64,000 nt of DNA from Hyalangium minutum (GTDB lineage: Bacteria; Myxococcota; Myxococcia; Myxococcales; Myxococcaceae). The DNA lies in contig NZ_JMCB01000010.1 of NCBI RefSeq assembly GCF_000737315.1, positions 62,001 to 126,000 on the forward strand, written 5' to 3'. Every line of letters starts with the position of its first letter. Positions within the stretch are counted from its first letter, which is position 1. Both the position numbers and the translations under genes were made by a program. This document shows, piece by piece, positions 54,543 through 63,871 of the stretch. The notes below the pieces were generated by a model. That model did no database searches. It was not told the DNA's origin and saw nothing but the letters and a program-made list of their open reading frames with translations.

Positions 54543-56141
54543 CTATTTCTTTTCCGGTCCTTCCGAGCGAAGCCTCAACGCGCCCAGCTTCAACTCGGCC
54601 GAGAGCGTGGTTCCGCTGGGAGCATGTGCTGGATCCTTGAGGACCGCCCCCGTCTCCGTGCGCAAGATGGCATACCCGCGCTCCACCACGCGCCGTGGAT
54701 CCAGGAGGAGCAGGAGCCGCCCGCGCGCTTCGACGCGCTCGCTTTCGCGCACGAGGTGCCTGGAGGCGCTCCGGCCCAGCCGAGAAGCGATCTCGTCGAC
54801 TCGACGCGACGCGGAGGAGAGGTCGCGCCCCGCGCCCAGGTGGAGCCGCCGAGCCGCATCCTGAAGAGTCCGAGTGCTCTGCTCGAGCAAGTCATTGGCC
54901 ACGAGTGGGATCTGGCGGGCCTGCTCCTCGAGTTCCGACGAGGTGCCCTCGAGGATTTCCCTGGCGTGCTCGAGAATCCTTTCCAGGCGCGATTCGATCA
55001 CCTCCCGGGCCTCCAGGACGCGCTCGACGAGCAGGCCGGCCGCCGCTGTTGGGGTCTTGGCTCTCCAGCCCACGAAGTCGAGCAGAGACATGTCCCGCTC
55101 ATGGCCGATTCCCACCACGACCGGAATGGGGAATGTCGCGATCGCCCGGGCGATGGCCTCCGAGTCGAACCAGGCGAGATCCGTCCGCGAGCCGCCCCCC
55201 CGGCAGATGAGCAGAACATCGAACTCCCCGGCATGGGCTCGGAACCAGTCCAGCGCATTCAGGACCGAGGGCTCCGTCTGTCGTCCCTGGACACGCGCGC
55301 CATGAACCATGACATCAAAGGCGAGCCCAGACTCTTCCAGCGTACGCAGCACGTCATGGTAGGCATCCGAGTTCAGGCTCGTCACGAGGCCCACACGCAT
55401 GGGCAGCAGTGGAAAGGGCAACGCGCGGTTCCGCTCGAGGAGTCCCTCCTCGGCAAGTCGTCGGCGAAGCTCCTCTTGTCGCCGGGCGGCCTCTCCCAGC
55501 GTGTAGTTCAGGTCGAGATCCTCGATCACGAACTGGTACGAGCCCCATGGGACGTAGAGATCGACGCGCCCACACACCCTGATCTGGATTTCGTCCTCGA
55601 GTTGAAAGGGCGCTCCCGCCTGGGCGAGCCGGTCCTCCAGCTCTCGCAGCGTGCGCCCGAAAAGGACCGCCTTGAGCCTGGAGGACTCCTTTCCCCACGC
55701 ATCTCGCTCGACGAGCTCGAAGCCGACGACGCTCCTGTGCCGGGCCTTGTTGAACCCGGAGATCTCCCCCACGAGCCACAGGGAGTTCGGAAATGCCCTT
55801 TGGATCGCCCCTTGGACCTTCTCATTGAGCTGAGAGACGGTGAGGTCGGTCGCCGCTCCCAGCTGCCTCGGTGAAGCACCAGGCTCGCGCCCATTCGTGT
55901 CGAGGGCGAGCTCACCGCCGCGTTCACGATACAGGCGCCGCGTGTTCTCGCAGAAGTCGAAACCCTCTGCGTGCAGTTGGTCCACCACCGCCACCACGTT
56001 CTTCTCGGGAACCGACCAGTATTTTTCGGTGCCGTTCCAGTGGCGGGAAGGGAGCGCTTTGACGACGTCCACGAGCCTGCGATCGAAAGGGAAGCGGATC
56101 TGGAGCGTCCCGAGACTGTCGTTGGTGACCCGCCGACTCAT
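54543..56141 (-). CDS. xseA: Exodeoxyribonuclease VII large subunit (copy 2) with an N-terminal HARP-like domain
   Basis: WLVGEISGF OB fold, VTSLNSDAYHD, RGGGSRTDL, GIGHERD, KTPTAAA, VERGYAI; extra residues 12-63 resemble HARP. Confidence 0.9.
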   Translation of the reverse strand: MSRRVTNDSLGTLQIRFPFDRRLVDVVKALPSRHWNGTEKYWSVPEKNVVAVVDQLHAEGFDFCENTRRLYRERGGELALDTNGREPGASPRQLGAATDLTVSQLNEKVQGAIQRAFPNSLWLVGEISGFNKARHRSVVGFELVERDAWGKESSRLKAVLFGRTLRELEDRLAQAGAPFQLEDEIQIRVCGRVDLYVPWGSYQFVIEDLDLNYTLGEAARRQEELRRRLAEEGLLERNRALPFPLLPMRVGLVTSLNSDAYHDVLRTLEESGLAFDVMVHGARVQGRQTEPSVLNALDWFRAHAGEFDVLLICRGGGSRTDLAWFDSEAIARAIATFPIPVVVGIGHERDMSLLDFVGWRAKTPTAAAGLLVERVLEAREVIESRLERILEHAREILEGTSSELEEQARQIPLVANDLLEQSTRTLQDAARRLHLGAGRDLSSASRRVDEIASRLGRSASRHLVRESERVEARGRLLLLLDPRRVVERGYAILRTETGAVLKDPAHAPSGTTLSAELKLGALRLRSEGPEKK

Positions 56142-56147
56142 CAGGTC

Positions 56148-56156
56148 ACCTTACCA
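56148..56156 (-). promoter_or_regulatory. Extended -10 (TGGTAAGGT) 6 nt upstream of the xseA2 ATG
   Basis: TGn-TANNNT geometry typical of leaderless starts; AAGGTG could instead act as an RBS. Confidence 0.4.
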
Positions 56157-56214
56157 CCGTCCAAACGCTTCAGTCCCCGCATTGCCGGGCTCGGCTCCCC
56201 GCCGTCTCCCTTGC

Positions 56215-58608
56215 TCAGTAGGCGAGCCCCTCGTACTTATAGGAGAGCTGAGCGAAGCCCATGATGCCACCCGGCGGCGAGCCCAGCTGATCCACGCCGT
56301 GGTCATTGAGGACGTTGAGCACGTTGGCGCTCACCGCAAGGCCATTGGAGAAGGTGTAACCGGCCGAGACGTCCGCCACGAAGCGCGCCGGCACCTTACC
56401 CTCCTGCACCAGCAGGGCGCTGTCCCACCGGCCCGACCGGAACTCGAAGGCGTCCTGGTACCGGCCGAAGACGCGCACGAACGAGTTCTGCACCCACAGG
56501 TTCTGCACCGTGACGGTGGCCTTGAACTTCAGATCCGGCACGTTCAGCAGCAGCGCCGGCTGGCCCGAGCTTCCAGTGCTGAACTTGATCAGCTTCATGT
56601 ACGAGGCGCTGCCGCTGAGCGTGACGTTCGGGTTGAGCTGGTACTCGAGCCCGACGTCCGTCCCCGCCACGCGTGAACGGCCGAAGTTCGCATAGGTGGA
56701 GAGCGTCCCCTCCACCGGAGTCCCCGCCGCCACCGGCGTGCCGTCCGGGAAGAAGGCGAAGGTGCCGTTGGCGGGGTTGGCTCGCGACGTCAACGCGCTG
56801 ATGAAGTTCCGGTACCACGAGTGGTACGCCACCACGTCCACCAGGAGCCGATCCGCGAACGTCGCCTTGTAGCCGACCTCCACCGAGTCCACGCTCTCGG
56901 GCACCAGCGGCGCGATCTCCGAGACGACATTCCCCTCTGCATCCTTGATGATGAAGCCCGTGCGGTTGCCCACCAGTGTGTTGCTGATGAGCAGGTAGTT
57001 CTCGAGGATGGTGGGGCTCTTGAACGCGCGGTTGTAGCCCAGGCGCACGTGCTGGTTGCGCTCCGGGCTGTAGACCACGGCGGCCTTCGGACTGAACTGC
57101 GCCGAGTAGTTGGAGTGCGTATCCACCCGCGCCGCGGCCACCAGCCGCAACCGGTCGCGCAGCAGCGAGTAGTCCCCCTGCAGGTAGCCGCCGAACTCGG
57201 TGGCGTTCAGCGTCTTGCCATCGACGTCGGCCAGGTACGTGCCCTTGGAGCTGGGGTTGTAGTACCGGAGCTGCACGCCGGTGATGAGCTTCAGCCCGCC
57301 GAACGCGTTCTGGTACTGCACCTCCGAGTCGATGAGCTGACTCTGGTCGACGAACTTGATCTGCTCCTTGATCTCATCCAACGAGGACACGTCCTCCGGC
57401 GCCCCGCCGTTGTTCTGCACGACGCTCGCCAGCCGGTCCATCTGGTACGTGCCGCCCGCGTTGCTGTAGGTGCGAGACACCTGCACGAACCAGTTCGGGT
57501 GGCTGGCCGAGATCGTCTGCTGGTGCACCTGCCACCCGCGCAGCTGGTTCCGTCCCGAGTTGGTGAGCGACATCCCATCCGTCAGCGAGAAGCCGTAGCC
57601 CGCCTTGAAGTTCCAGTCGCCCCGCCGGAGGTACGCGTAGGCCTCCGCCTTGGCGGAGAGCACGTCGTAGTTCTCGATCATATCGCCCTCGAACACGAGC
57701 GGCTTTGAGGCGGCCCCGTAGTAGTGCGTCGGCAGGTTCCGGTCCGGCGAGAAGTCCCGGCCGCGGACGAACTGACCGTTGATCTTGTAGCCGAAGTCCT
57801 GCTTAGCGGTGCCCGCCACGCGCCCGGACACGTCCACGAGCTGCTGCGAGCCGCCGCGCAGCACCACCGAGGCGCCCGACTCATCCCAGGGCGTCTTCGT
57901 CAGCACGTTGATTACCCCCGCGTGGGCGTTGGCACCATAGAGCGCAGACGCCGGGCCAATCACCGCCTCCACCGACTTGACGTCGATGTTCGGGGTCGGC
58001 AGCTGGGCGTTCAGCGGCAGGCCGTTGCCGGGCAGCTGCGCCAGCCGGCCATCCACCATGGTGATCATCCGCGAGTTGAACTGCGTGTTGAAACCGCGCG
58101 TGGAGACACGCTTCTCGTTCAAGCCCGTGTCCGCGTAGTCGATGCCCTTCACGGACGAGAGCGCCGCCATGTACGAGGTACCGCCGGTCATCTGCAGCGT
58201 CTTCGAGGAGACAGACTCCACGGTGACGGGGGACTCGAGCCGCTTCTCCCCGAACTTGGAGCCCGTCACGACGATCTCTTCACCGAACTGCTCGTCCAGC
58301 TGCAGGTCCGCCTCCAGCGAGGTCGTCTTTCCCGCGATCACCTCCACCTGCTGGGTGAAGTCCTTGTAGCCAGGGAAGGAGATCTTCAGCTCATGCTTCG
58401 CGGCCGGAACGTTGTTCAGCTCGAACTTCCCATCGGCGTTCGTGGTGGCCGACAACACCGTACCCACCACCGCCACCTGGGCTTCTGGCAGCGGCTCATT
58501 CCCACCGACGTAGACCGTGCCTCGAATCGTGCCGCCCTCCTGCGCCCAGGCAGCCGCGGCCACCAGCCACAGTGAAACAGCAAGTCCCCAACGCATTGCG
58601 TTACGCAT
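56215..58608 (-). CDS. TonB-dependent receptor with an N-terminal carboxypeptidase-regulatory-like domain
   Basis: Probable start ATG 58608 with RBS; EEIVVTGS, RITMVDG-like plug region, GPASALYGANA, C-terminal beta strand ending YKYEGLAY. Confidence 0.92.
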   Translation of the reverse strand: MRNAMRWGLAVSLWLVAAAAWAQEGGTIRGTVYVGGNEPLPEAQVAVVGTVLSATTNADGKFELNNVPAAKHELKISFPGYKDFTQQVEVIAGKTTSLEADLQLDEQFGEEIVVTGSKFGEKRLESPVTVESVSSKTLQMTGGTSYMAALSSVKGIDYADTGLNEKRVSTRGFNTQFNSRMITMVDGRLAQLPGNGLPLNAQLPTPNIDVKSVEAVIGPASALYGANAHAGVINVLTKTPWDESGASVVLRGGSQQLVDVSGRVAGTAKQDFGYKINGQFVRGRDFSPDRNLPTHYYGAASKPLVFEGDMIENYDVLSAKAEAYAYLRRGDWNFKAGYGFSLTDGMSLTNSGRNQLRGWQVHQQTISASHPNWFVQVSRTYSNAGGTYQMDRLASVVQNNGGAPEDVSSLDEIKEQIKFVDQSQLIDSEVQYQNAFGGLKLITGVQLRYYNPSSKGTYLADVDGKTLNATEFGGYLQGDYSLLRDRLRLVAAARVDTHSNYSAQFSPKAAVVYSPERNQHVRLGYNRAFKSPTILENYLLISNTLVGNRTGFIIKDAEGNVVSEIAPLVPESVDSVEVGYKATFADRLLVDVVAYHSWYRNFISALTSRANPANGTFAFFPDGTPVAAGTPVEGTLSTYANFGRSRVAGTDVGLEYQLNPNVTLSGSASYMKLIKFSTGSSGQPALLLNVPDLKFKATVTVQNLWVQNSFVRVFGRYQDAFEFRSGRWDSALLVQEGKVPARFVADVSAGYTFSNGLAVSANVLNVLNDHGVDQLGSPPGGIMGFAQLSYKYEGLAY

Positions 58609-58747
58609 GTAGACCCCCTCCGACACGTTCATCCGACCTGAAGGATGATTCATGTTTCAGCGCGGCGAGTAGCATTCACTTTCTGTTACTGTCAATGCGC
58701 GCTGGGTCAAAACGTGGCCCGGTACGTCCCCTCCCGGAGCCCAACCC

Positions 58748-59587
58748 ATGGCGTCTTTCGCCCACGTGAATGGCCTGCGGCTGCACTACCTCGATCATGC
58801 CGGGGGCGAGCCGCTCCTGGTGCTCATGCACGGGCTGTCGGCCAACGCCCACTGCTTCGATGGGCTCGTCCGAGCGGGCCTGAGCCCCCGCTACCGGGTG
58901 ATCTCGGTGGACCTGCGGGGGCGAGGCCTCAGCGACAAGCCCGCGAGCGGCTATTCCATGGCCGACCACGCCGCGGACATCCTCGGGCTGCTGGACACGC
59001 TGGGCACCGGGCCGGTGGTGCTCGGGGGGCACTCCTTCGGCGGGCTGCTCACGTTCTACATCGCCGCGCACTGGCCGGAGCGAGTCTCCCGCATGCTCAT
59101 CTTCGATGCGGGCTCCATGCACCCGCGGGTGCGCGAGCTGCTCAAGCCTTCGCTGGCCCGGCTGGGAAAGCTCCTCCCCTCGGTGGACGCGTACCTCAAC
59201 GCGGCGCGGCTCGCTCCGTACCTCAACGGCCTGTGGGACGAATCCGCGGAGGCGTATTTCCGCGCGGATGTGCAGGCGAATCCGGATGGCACCGCGCAGT
59301 CCCGCTCCTCGCCCGAGGCCATTACCGAGGCCATGGAGCGCGTCCTCTCCGAGCCCTGGTCCGAATATCTGCCCCGCGCCCGTGCCCCCGCCCTCCTCCT
59401 CAACGCCGTCGAGGGCTTTGGCCCCCCGGGCACGCCCCCCATCGTCCCGCCCGAGCTGGCACAGGAGACAGCCCGCGCCCTGCCCCATTGCCGCTACCTC
59501 GTGGTGCCTGGCAACCACACCACCATGCTCTTCGGAGGCAACGCCAGCCACACGGTGAAGGCCATCACGGACTTCCTGTCCACCTGA
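58748..59587 (+). CDS. Alpha/beta hydrolase
   Basis: MHGLSA, VDLRGRGLS, GGHSFGG nucleophile, PGNH His. Confidence 0.92.
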   Translation: MASFAHVNGLRLHYLDHAGGEPLLVLMHGLSANAHCFDGLVRAGLSPRYRVISVDLRGRGLSDKPASGYSMADHAADILGLLDTLGTGPVVLGGHSFGGLLTFYIAAHWPERVSRMLIFDAGSMHPRVRELLKPSLARLGKLLPSVDAYLNAARLAPYLNGLWDESAEAYFRADVQANPDGTAQSRSSPEAITEAMERVLSEPWSEYLPRARAPALLLNAVEGFGPPGTPPIVPPELAQETARALPHCRYLVVPGNHTTMLFGGNASHTVKAITDFLST

Positions 59588-59611
59588 GGGAGGGCCTGCC
59601 ACAAAAGCCAA

Positions 59612-59643
59612 GGGCCTGGCTGGAACATGTCCAGGCCAGGCCC
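59612..59643 (-). terminator. Hairpin between convergent genes, probable terminator of the TBDR-lipoprotein operon
   Basis: GGGCCTGGCTGGA-ACATG-TCCAG(G)CCAGGCCC, 13-bp stem with one bulge; followed on the minus strand by TTGGCTTTTGT. Confidence 0.65.
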
Positions 59644-59674
59644 CAGGGACTTCAAGAAGGCTCGGCAGACCGGC

Positions 59675-61018
59675 TCAGCTCTCCGGGAAGGCCGTCCACC
59701 CGTCCAGCCAGTTGACGTCGCCCACCGCGCCCCGGAAGGTGGCGCTGGCGTCGAAGAAGCCATCCGCCGGCGGAGCGCCGCCCACGAGGGCCGCGTCCGG
59801 CTTGAAGTTCGGAGCCGTGTTGGCCTTGTAGAGGGCCTTGGTCAGCTTCGGATCCTCCACCCTGTTGCTGGCCTCAGCCTCCGTGCCGAACTTCGTCCAC
59901 TCGCTGAAGTCGCTGCCGTCGCTGCTGGACTTCACGAAGAAGGTGCTGGAGTCGTACGCCACCTTGGAGGACCAGAAGCTGGCGTTCTTCACCGACAAGG
60001 TGCCCGCGTTGGCCTGCGCGATGGACTCCGGGCCCGCGACGTCGAAGGCGAAGTCATTGAAGTAGGTGATGATGGCGTTGTTGATGCTGCCCGCAGTGCC
60101 CACGCGGAGGATGGCTCCGCCCTGCGTCTGCGCCGCGTTGCCCTTGGGCAGGTCCGAGCCCACCAGCGTCACGTTCCACAGGGTGGGGTTGGAGCGCGGC
60201 AGCGCGTTCGGAGAGGACGCGCTGTTGTCCGCCTCGATGCCGTGGTTGCCCACCAGCCGGTTCTGCTGGACGACCACGAACTGGGCCTTGCCCGTCCAGC
60301 CCTGATCCCAGTCCAGGCCGTCGTCGTCCGGCAGGGTGATGACGATGTGCTTGAGGTTGGCGGTACCGCCGAACATCTCCACCCCGTCATCCAGACCGCG
60401 GTGCACCTGCACGTAGTCGATAACCGTCGCGCTGCCGCAGCCGCCCAGCGTCAGGCCGTTCAGCTCGTTGTTGCCGCCCAGGCGGAAGCCAGCGAACTCG
60501 ATGCGGGTGTACTTGAGGGTGCCGCAGTTGTGCGACGCATCCTCGCCGCCGTACTGAGTGTCCACGCTCTCCGGGTAGCCCTCGATGTTGTCCACGCCGC
60601 CCTGCACGTTGATGGGCGCCTTGCCCAGCAGGACGAGGCCACCCCAGTTGCCCGCCTGGCGCGAGCCCGGATCGATCACACTGGTGAACACGATGGGCGC
60701 CGCCGCCGTGCCCTGCGCGTCGATCTTCGCGCTGCTCGTGATGGCCAGCGAGGTGTTGTAGTTGCCCTTGATCACCGTGCCCGCCTCGATCTTCAGCGTG
60801 GCGTCCTTCACGAAGACGTTCGCCTTGAGGACGTAGGTGTGATCCTTCGTCCACGTGGTGCCGGAGGTGATGTTCTGGGTGACTTCGCAGACCTCCTGGC
60901 CTGCCTCGCACTTGTCGCCCTGGGCTGTGTTGGGGTCATCGGCCGGCTTCTCGTCATCACCACAGGCGGTGAGCACCGACAGGGCGCACACGCAGGCCCA
61001 AGTCCACACTGATCTCAT
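59675..61018 (-). CDS. Lipoprotein with a right-handed beta-helix-like fold (TBDR-associated family)
   Basis: Start ATG 61018; lipobox LTAC; GNWGGLVLLGKA, CGTLKYTRIEFAG, ELNGLTLGGCG, DDGVEMFGG, DDDGLDWDQGW, GWTAF. Confidence 0.85.
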   Translation of the reverse strand: MRSVWTWACVCALSVLTACGDDEKPADDPNTAQGDKCEAGQEVCEVTQNITSGTTWTKDHTYVLKANVFVKDATLKIEAGTVIKGNYNTSLAITSSAKIDAQGTAAAPIVFTSVIDPGSRQAGNWGGLVLLGKAPINVQGGVDNIEGYPESVDTQYGGEDASHNCGTLKYTRIEFAGFRLGGNNELNGLTLGGCGSATVIDYVQVHRGLDDGVEMFGGTANLKHIVITLPDDDGLDWDQGWTGKAQFVVVQQNRLVGNHGIEADNSASSPNALPRSNPTLWNVTLVGSDLPKGNAAQTQGGAILRVGTAGSINNAIITYFNDFAFDVAGPESIAQANAGTLSVKNASFWSSKVAYDSSTFFVKSSSDGSDFSEWTKFGTEAEASNRVEDPKLTKALYKANTAPNFKPDAALVGGAPPADGFFDASATFRGAVGDVNWLDGWTAFPES

Positions 61019-61056
61019 GACGGCTCCATCGAAAGGGTACTGCGGGGTTGAAGGGA

Positions 61057-63768
61057 TTAGAGGGGGCTCCACTCCACCTGCGCCGTGGCCGTGAGGCCGG
61101 GCCGGTAGCGGAACACGTCCGTGCCGAGCTGCCGGAAGACCGCCGCCTGGTTGAGCAGGTTGGTCCCCGTCAGCTTCAGGCGAAGCTGCTGCGACAGTTG
61201 CTGGGTGAGCGCCAGGTCCACGCGGTGGAACGGCTGCTCGTAGGTGTCCGGCAACCGGTTGAAGCCCACCTCGGAGATGCGGCGCCCGAACACGTTATAG
61301 AGCACCGACACCTCAGTGCCCGAGCTCTCCCGGGTATAGGAGACGTTCACGTTGGCCACGTAGGGAGACTGGCCTTGCAGCGGGCGGCTCTCGCTCGTGC
61401 TGATCTGCTGGTTGCTGCCCAGGTTCACTCGCGAGGCGATCAGGCTCAGGTTGGCGCCGACCCGCAGGGGGCTCAGCACCGGGCTCACGCGCCCGAGCGA
61501 GGCGCGGCCCTCGAGCTCGAGGCCCAGCGCGTCCGCGCCGTCCGCGTTGCGATAGCCCACGTCTCCCTGGATGGAGCTCACCACCACCTGCTCGATGGGA
61601 TCGATGAAGTGCTTGTAGAAGCCCCCCACCGAGAAGACCTCGCTCTCCGTGGGGAACCACTCCCAGCGGAGGTCGGCATTGTGGATGCGCGAGGAGACCA
61701 GGTCTGGGTTGCCGCTCACGCTGCGGCGCCGGATGGCGTCGTAATAGAGGAAGGGCGCGATCTCGCGGAACTGCGGCCGGGCCACCGTGAAGCTGTAGCC
61801 CGCGCGCAGATTCGCCTTGTCCGTCAGCCCATAGACCAGGTTCAGCGCGGGCAACGGGTTGACGGTGGTGCGATCCGTGGACTCGGGCGCTTGCCCCTGA
61901 GCAAAGGGGCTCCCTGAATCCACCTGCTGCGAGAACACCTCGACGCGCACCCCCGCCACGGCGCGCAGGCGCTCGGCCAGAGGCAGCTCCGCGCTGGCGA
62001 AGCCCGCGTAGAGGGACTGGAAGCCGTCATACCGATCCGTGAGGAAGGTGCGCTCCTCGGCCAGGAACGAGGGGCCCAGGTTCTCCGCCGAGAACATCTC
62101 CTCGGCCGGCAGCGACAGGAGCGCGGGGTCCTCCCCGACGAACAGGAAGGCGAAGCGCCGCGCGTCGAAGCGCCGTTGAGACAGCTGTGCCGAGGCGCCC
62201 GTGGTGAACTCCACGCGCCCCACCGGCACGCGCAGCGAGACGCTGGCGCCTCCGCTCGTGTCGCTGAGGGTGGAGAAGAACCGCTCACCGCTGTTGGCCG
62301 CCTGGCGGAAGCGCCGCACACCGTCATCCTCCAGGTACAGCAGGTCGCGCGTGTCGGGCTCCTCGGCGTGGGTCACGGACACGTTCCCCTGCCACCGCAA
62401 CACCGCGCCCTCCGTGCCGAAGCGGTGCGTGCCTCGGAGCTGGTTGAAGCTGAGCATGCGCTGGGCGAACTTCAGGCGCGTGGCGTCGAAGTTGGCCCCA
62501 TCCGTGTCGGAGAAGCCGCTGAGGTATTGCGCCGAGTCCTCCGTGGACCGGCTGAAGAGCGCCAGGAGGCTCACGTCATTCAGCGCGTCCCACTGGTAGC
62601 CCGCGTTGAGGAGCGCTCCCAGGTTCGTGTTCGTCGCCCCGAACTCCGAGCGGTAGAGGTCCTTGGGAATCAGCTCCTGCTCGTCAATGCGGAAGGTCTG
62701 CACGTCAGCGTTCGTCGCCGCCGCGCTCCGAGAGAACGTCGCGCTGGCCAGATAGCCGAAGGCCCGCCCCCCACCCCACTGGTGGGTGTTGCCCACCGAG
62801 ACGCTCAGGCCGCCGTTGGGCAGGCCGCCGGACCTGCGGCTGCTCCAGACGTTGGAGAAGCTCTCGCTCACCTCCTCGGCCTGGGAATCCCGCGTGGTGA
62901 GCGCCCGGTCTTCGGGGACGCTCTCGGGCAGCCCGCGGCTGCCGTCGTCGATGCCCAGCCCGTCCAGGCTCCCGCCCTCATAGCTGCGGCGCGAGTGGAA
63001 GGTGGACTCACTGTTGACGCCCAGCGACAGCTTCACCTGCGCCTGGAAGGTGGCGGGATAGGAGTTGGTCTCGATGCCCAGCACGCCGCCCGCGAAGGCA
63101 CCGCCCAGCTCCGCCGAGTAGGTCTTCTGCACCGTGAGCGTGGACAGGAGCGCGTTGGGGAAGAGGTCCAGCGGCGCCTGATGGCCATCCGGATCCGTGC
63201 TCGGCAGGCTGACCCCGTTGACGACGGTGGCGGCGTAGCGCCCGCCCAGGCCCCGCAGGAAGACGTTGCGCCCCACCACCGTGGCCGACGTCACGCGCTT
63301 GACCGCGTCCCCGGCGTTCGAGTCCGGCGAGCGGGAGATCTGCTCGCTGCCGATCGAGTCCTGCACCGTGTTCGCCATCTTCCGCTGGAGCAGCAGCCCG
63401 CTCTCGCTCTGGGTGTCCACCGTCCCGATGACGACGACCTCTTCGACGAACGAGCCCTCCACCGGCTTGAGCGCGAGATCTCGCTGCAGGAAGCCGTCCG
63501 CCACCTTCACGCCCTTCACGTCCACGCCCTCGTACTGGTCGCACCAGAAGCGCACGTCATAGGTGCCAGGCGGCAGGGACAGCTCGTAGTTCCCCTCCAG
63601 ATCCGTCTCCACGAACGTGTTGCCGCCGGAGATCACCGAGACCGGGCACACCAGCAGCGGCTCGCCCGTCTTGGCATCCGTGAGCCGCCCTCGAAGCCCC
63701 GCCCCCGCCTGAGCGAAGGCGGTACCACTGACGGCGGCCAAAACCACTGCAAACGCGGAGCGACTCAT
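61057..63768 (-). CDS. TonB-dependent receptor with an N-terminal carboxypeptidase-regulatory-like domain
   Basis: EEVVVIG, DAVKRVTSATV, LRGLGGRY, PLDLFP, KTYSAELGGAFAGG, GNPDL, NADLRWEWFP; ends VEWSPL. Confidence 0.93.
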   Translation of the reverse strand: MSRSAFAVVLAAVSGTAFAQAGAGLRGRLTDAKTGEPLLVCPVSVISGGNTFVETDLEGNYELSLPPGTYDVRFWCDQYEGVDVKGVKVADGFLQRDLALKPVEGSFVEEVVVIGTVDTQSESGLLLQRKMANTVQDSIGSEQISRSPDSNAGDAVKRVTSATVVGRNVFLRGLGGRYAATVVNGVSLPSTDPDGHQAPLDLFPNALLSTLTVQKTYSAELGGAFAGGVLGIETNSYPATFQAQVKLSLGVNSESTFHSRRSYEGGSLDGLGIDDGSRGLPESVPEDRALTTRDSQAEEVSESFSNVWSSRRSGGLPNGGLSVSVGNTHQWGGGRAFGYLASATFSRSAAATNADVQTFRIDEQELIPKDLYRSEFGATNTNLGALLNAGYQWDALNDVSLLALFSRSTEDSAQYLSGFSDTDGANFDATRLKFAQRMLSFNQLRGTHRFGTEGAVLRWQGNVSVTHAEEPDTRDLLYLEDDGVRRFRQAANSGERFFSTLSDTSGGASVSLRVPVGRVEFTTGASAQLSQRRFDARRFAFLFVGEDPALLSLPAEEMFSAENLGPSFLAEERTFLTDRYDGFQSLYAGFASAELPLAERLRAVAGVRVEVFSQQVDSGSPFAQGQAPESTDRTTVNPLPALNLVYGLTDKANLRAGYSFTVARPQFREIAPFLYYDAIRRRSVSGNPDLVSSRIHNADLRWEWFPTESEVFSVGGFYKHFIDPIEQVVVSSIQGDVGYRNADGADALGLELEGRASLGRVSPVLSPLRVGANLSLIASRVNLGSNQQISTSESRPLQGQSPYVANVNVSYTRESSGTEVSVLYNVFGRRISEVGFNRLPDTYEQPFHRVDLALTQQLSQQLRLKLTGTNLLNQAAVFRQLGTDVFRYRPGLTATAQVEWSPL

Positions 63769-63855
63769 GGGCCCTCGAGATTCCTTGGGGGAGAAATTCG
63801 GGGCACCTTCTACGCGCTCAATATTGCAACTCCGTCACTGCTCCTGGCCAAGTGC

Positions 63856-63871
63856 GTGAAGTGACGGTGAC
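63856..63871 (-). promoter_or_regulatory. Pho-box-like direct repeat (GTCAC-N6-TTCAC, 11-bp period) upstream of the TBDR
   Basis: Two pentamers spaced 11 bp apart, about 90 nt upstream of the start; weak match. Confidence 0.25.

Noticed and set aside
54239-56141. Second xseAB as an assembly duplication or pseudogene
   Set aside because: The sequence is highly divergent from copy 1, the reading frames are open and the catalytic motifs are intact.
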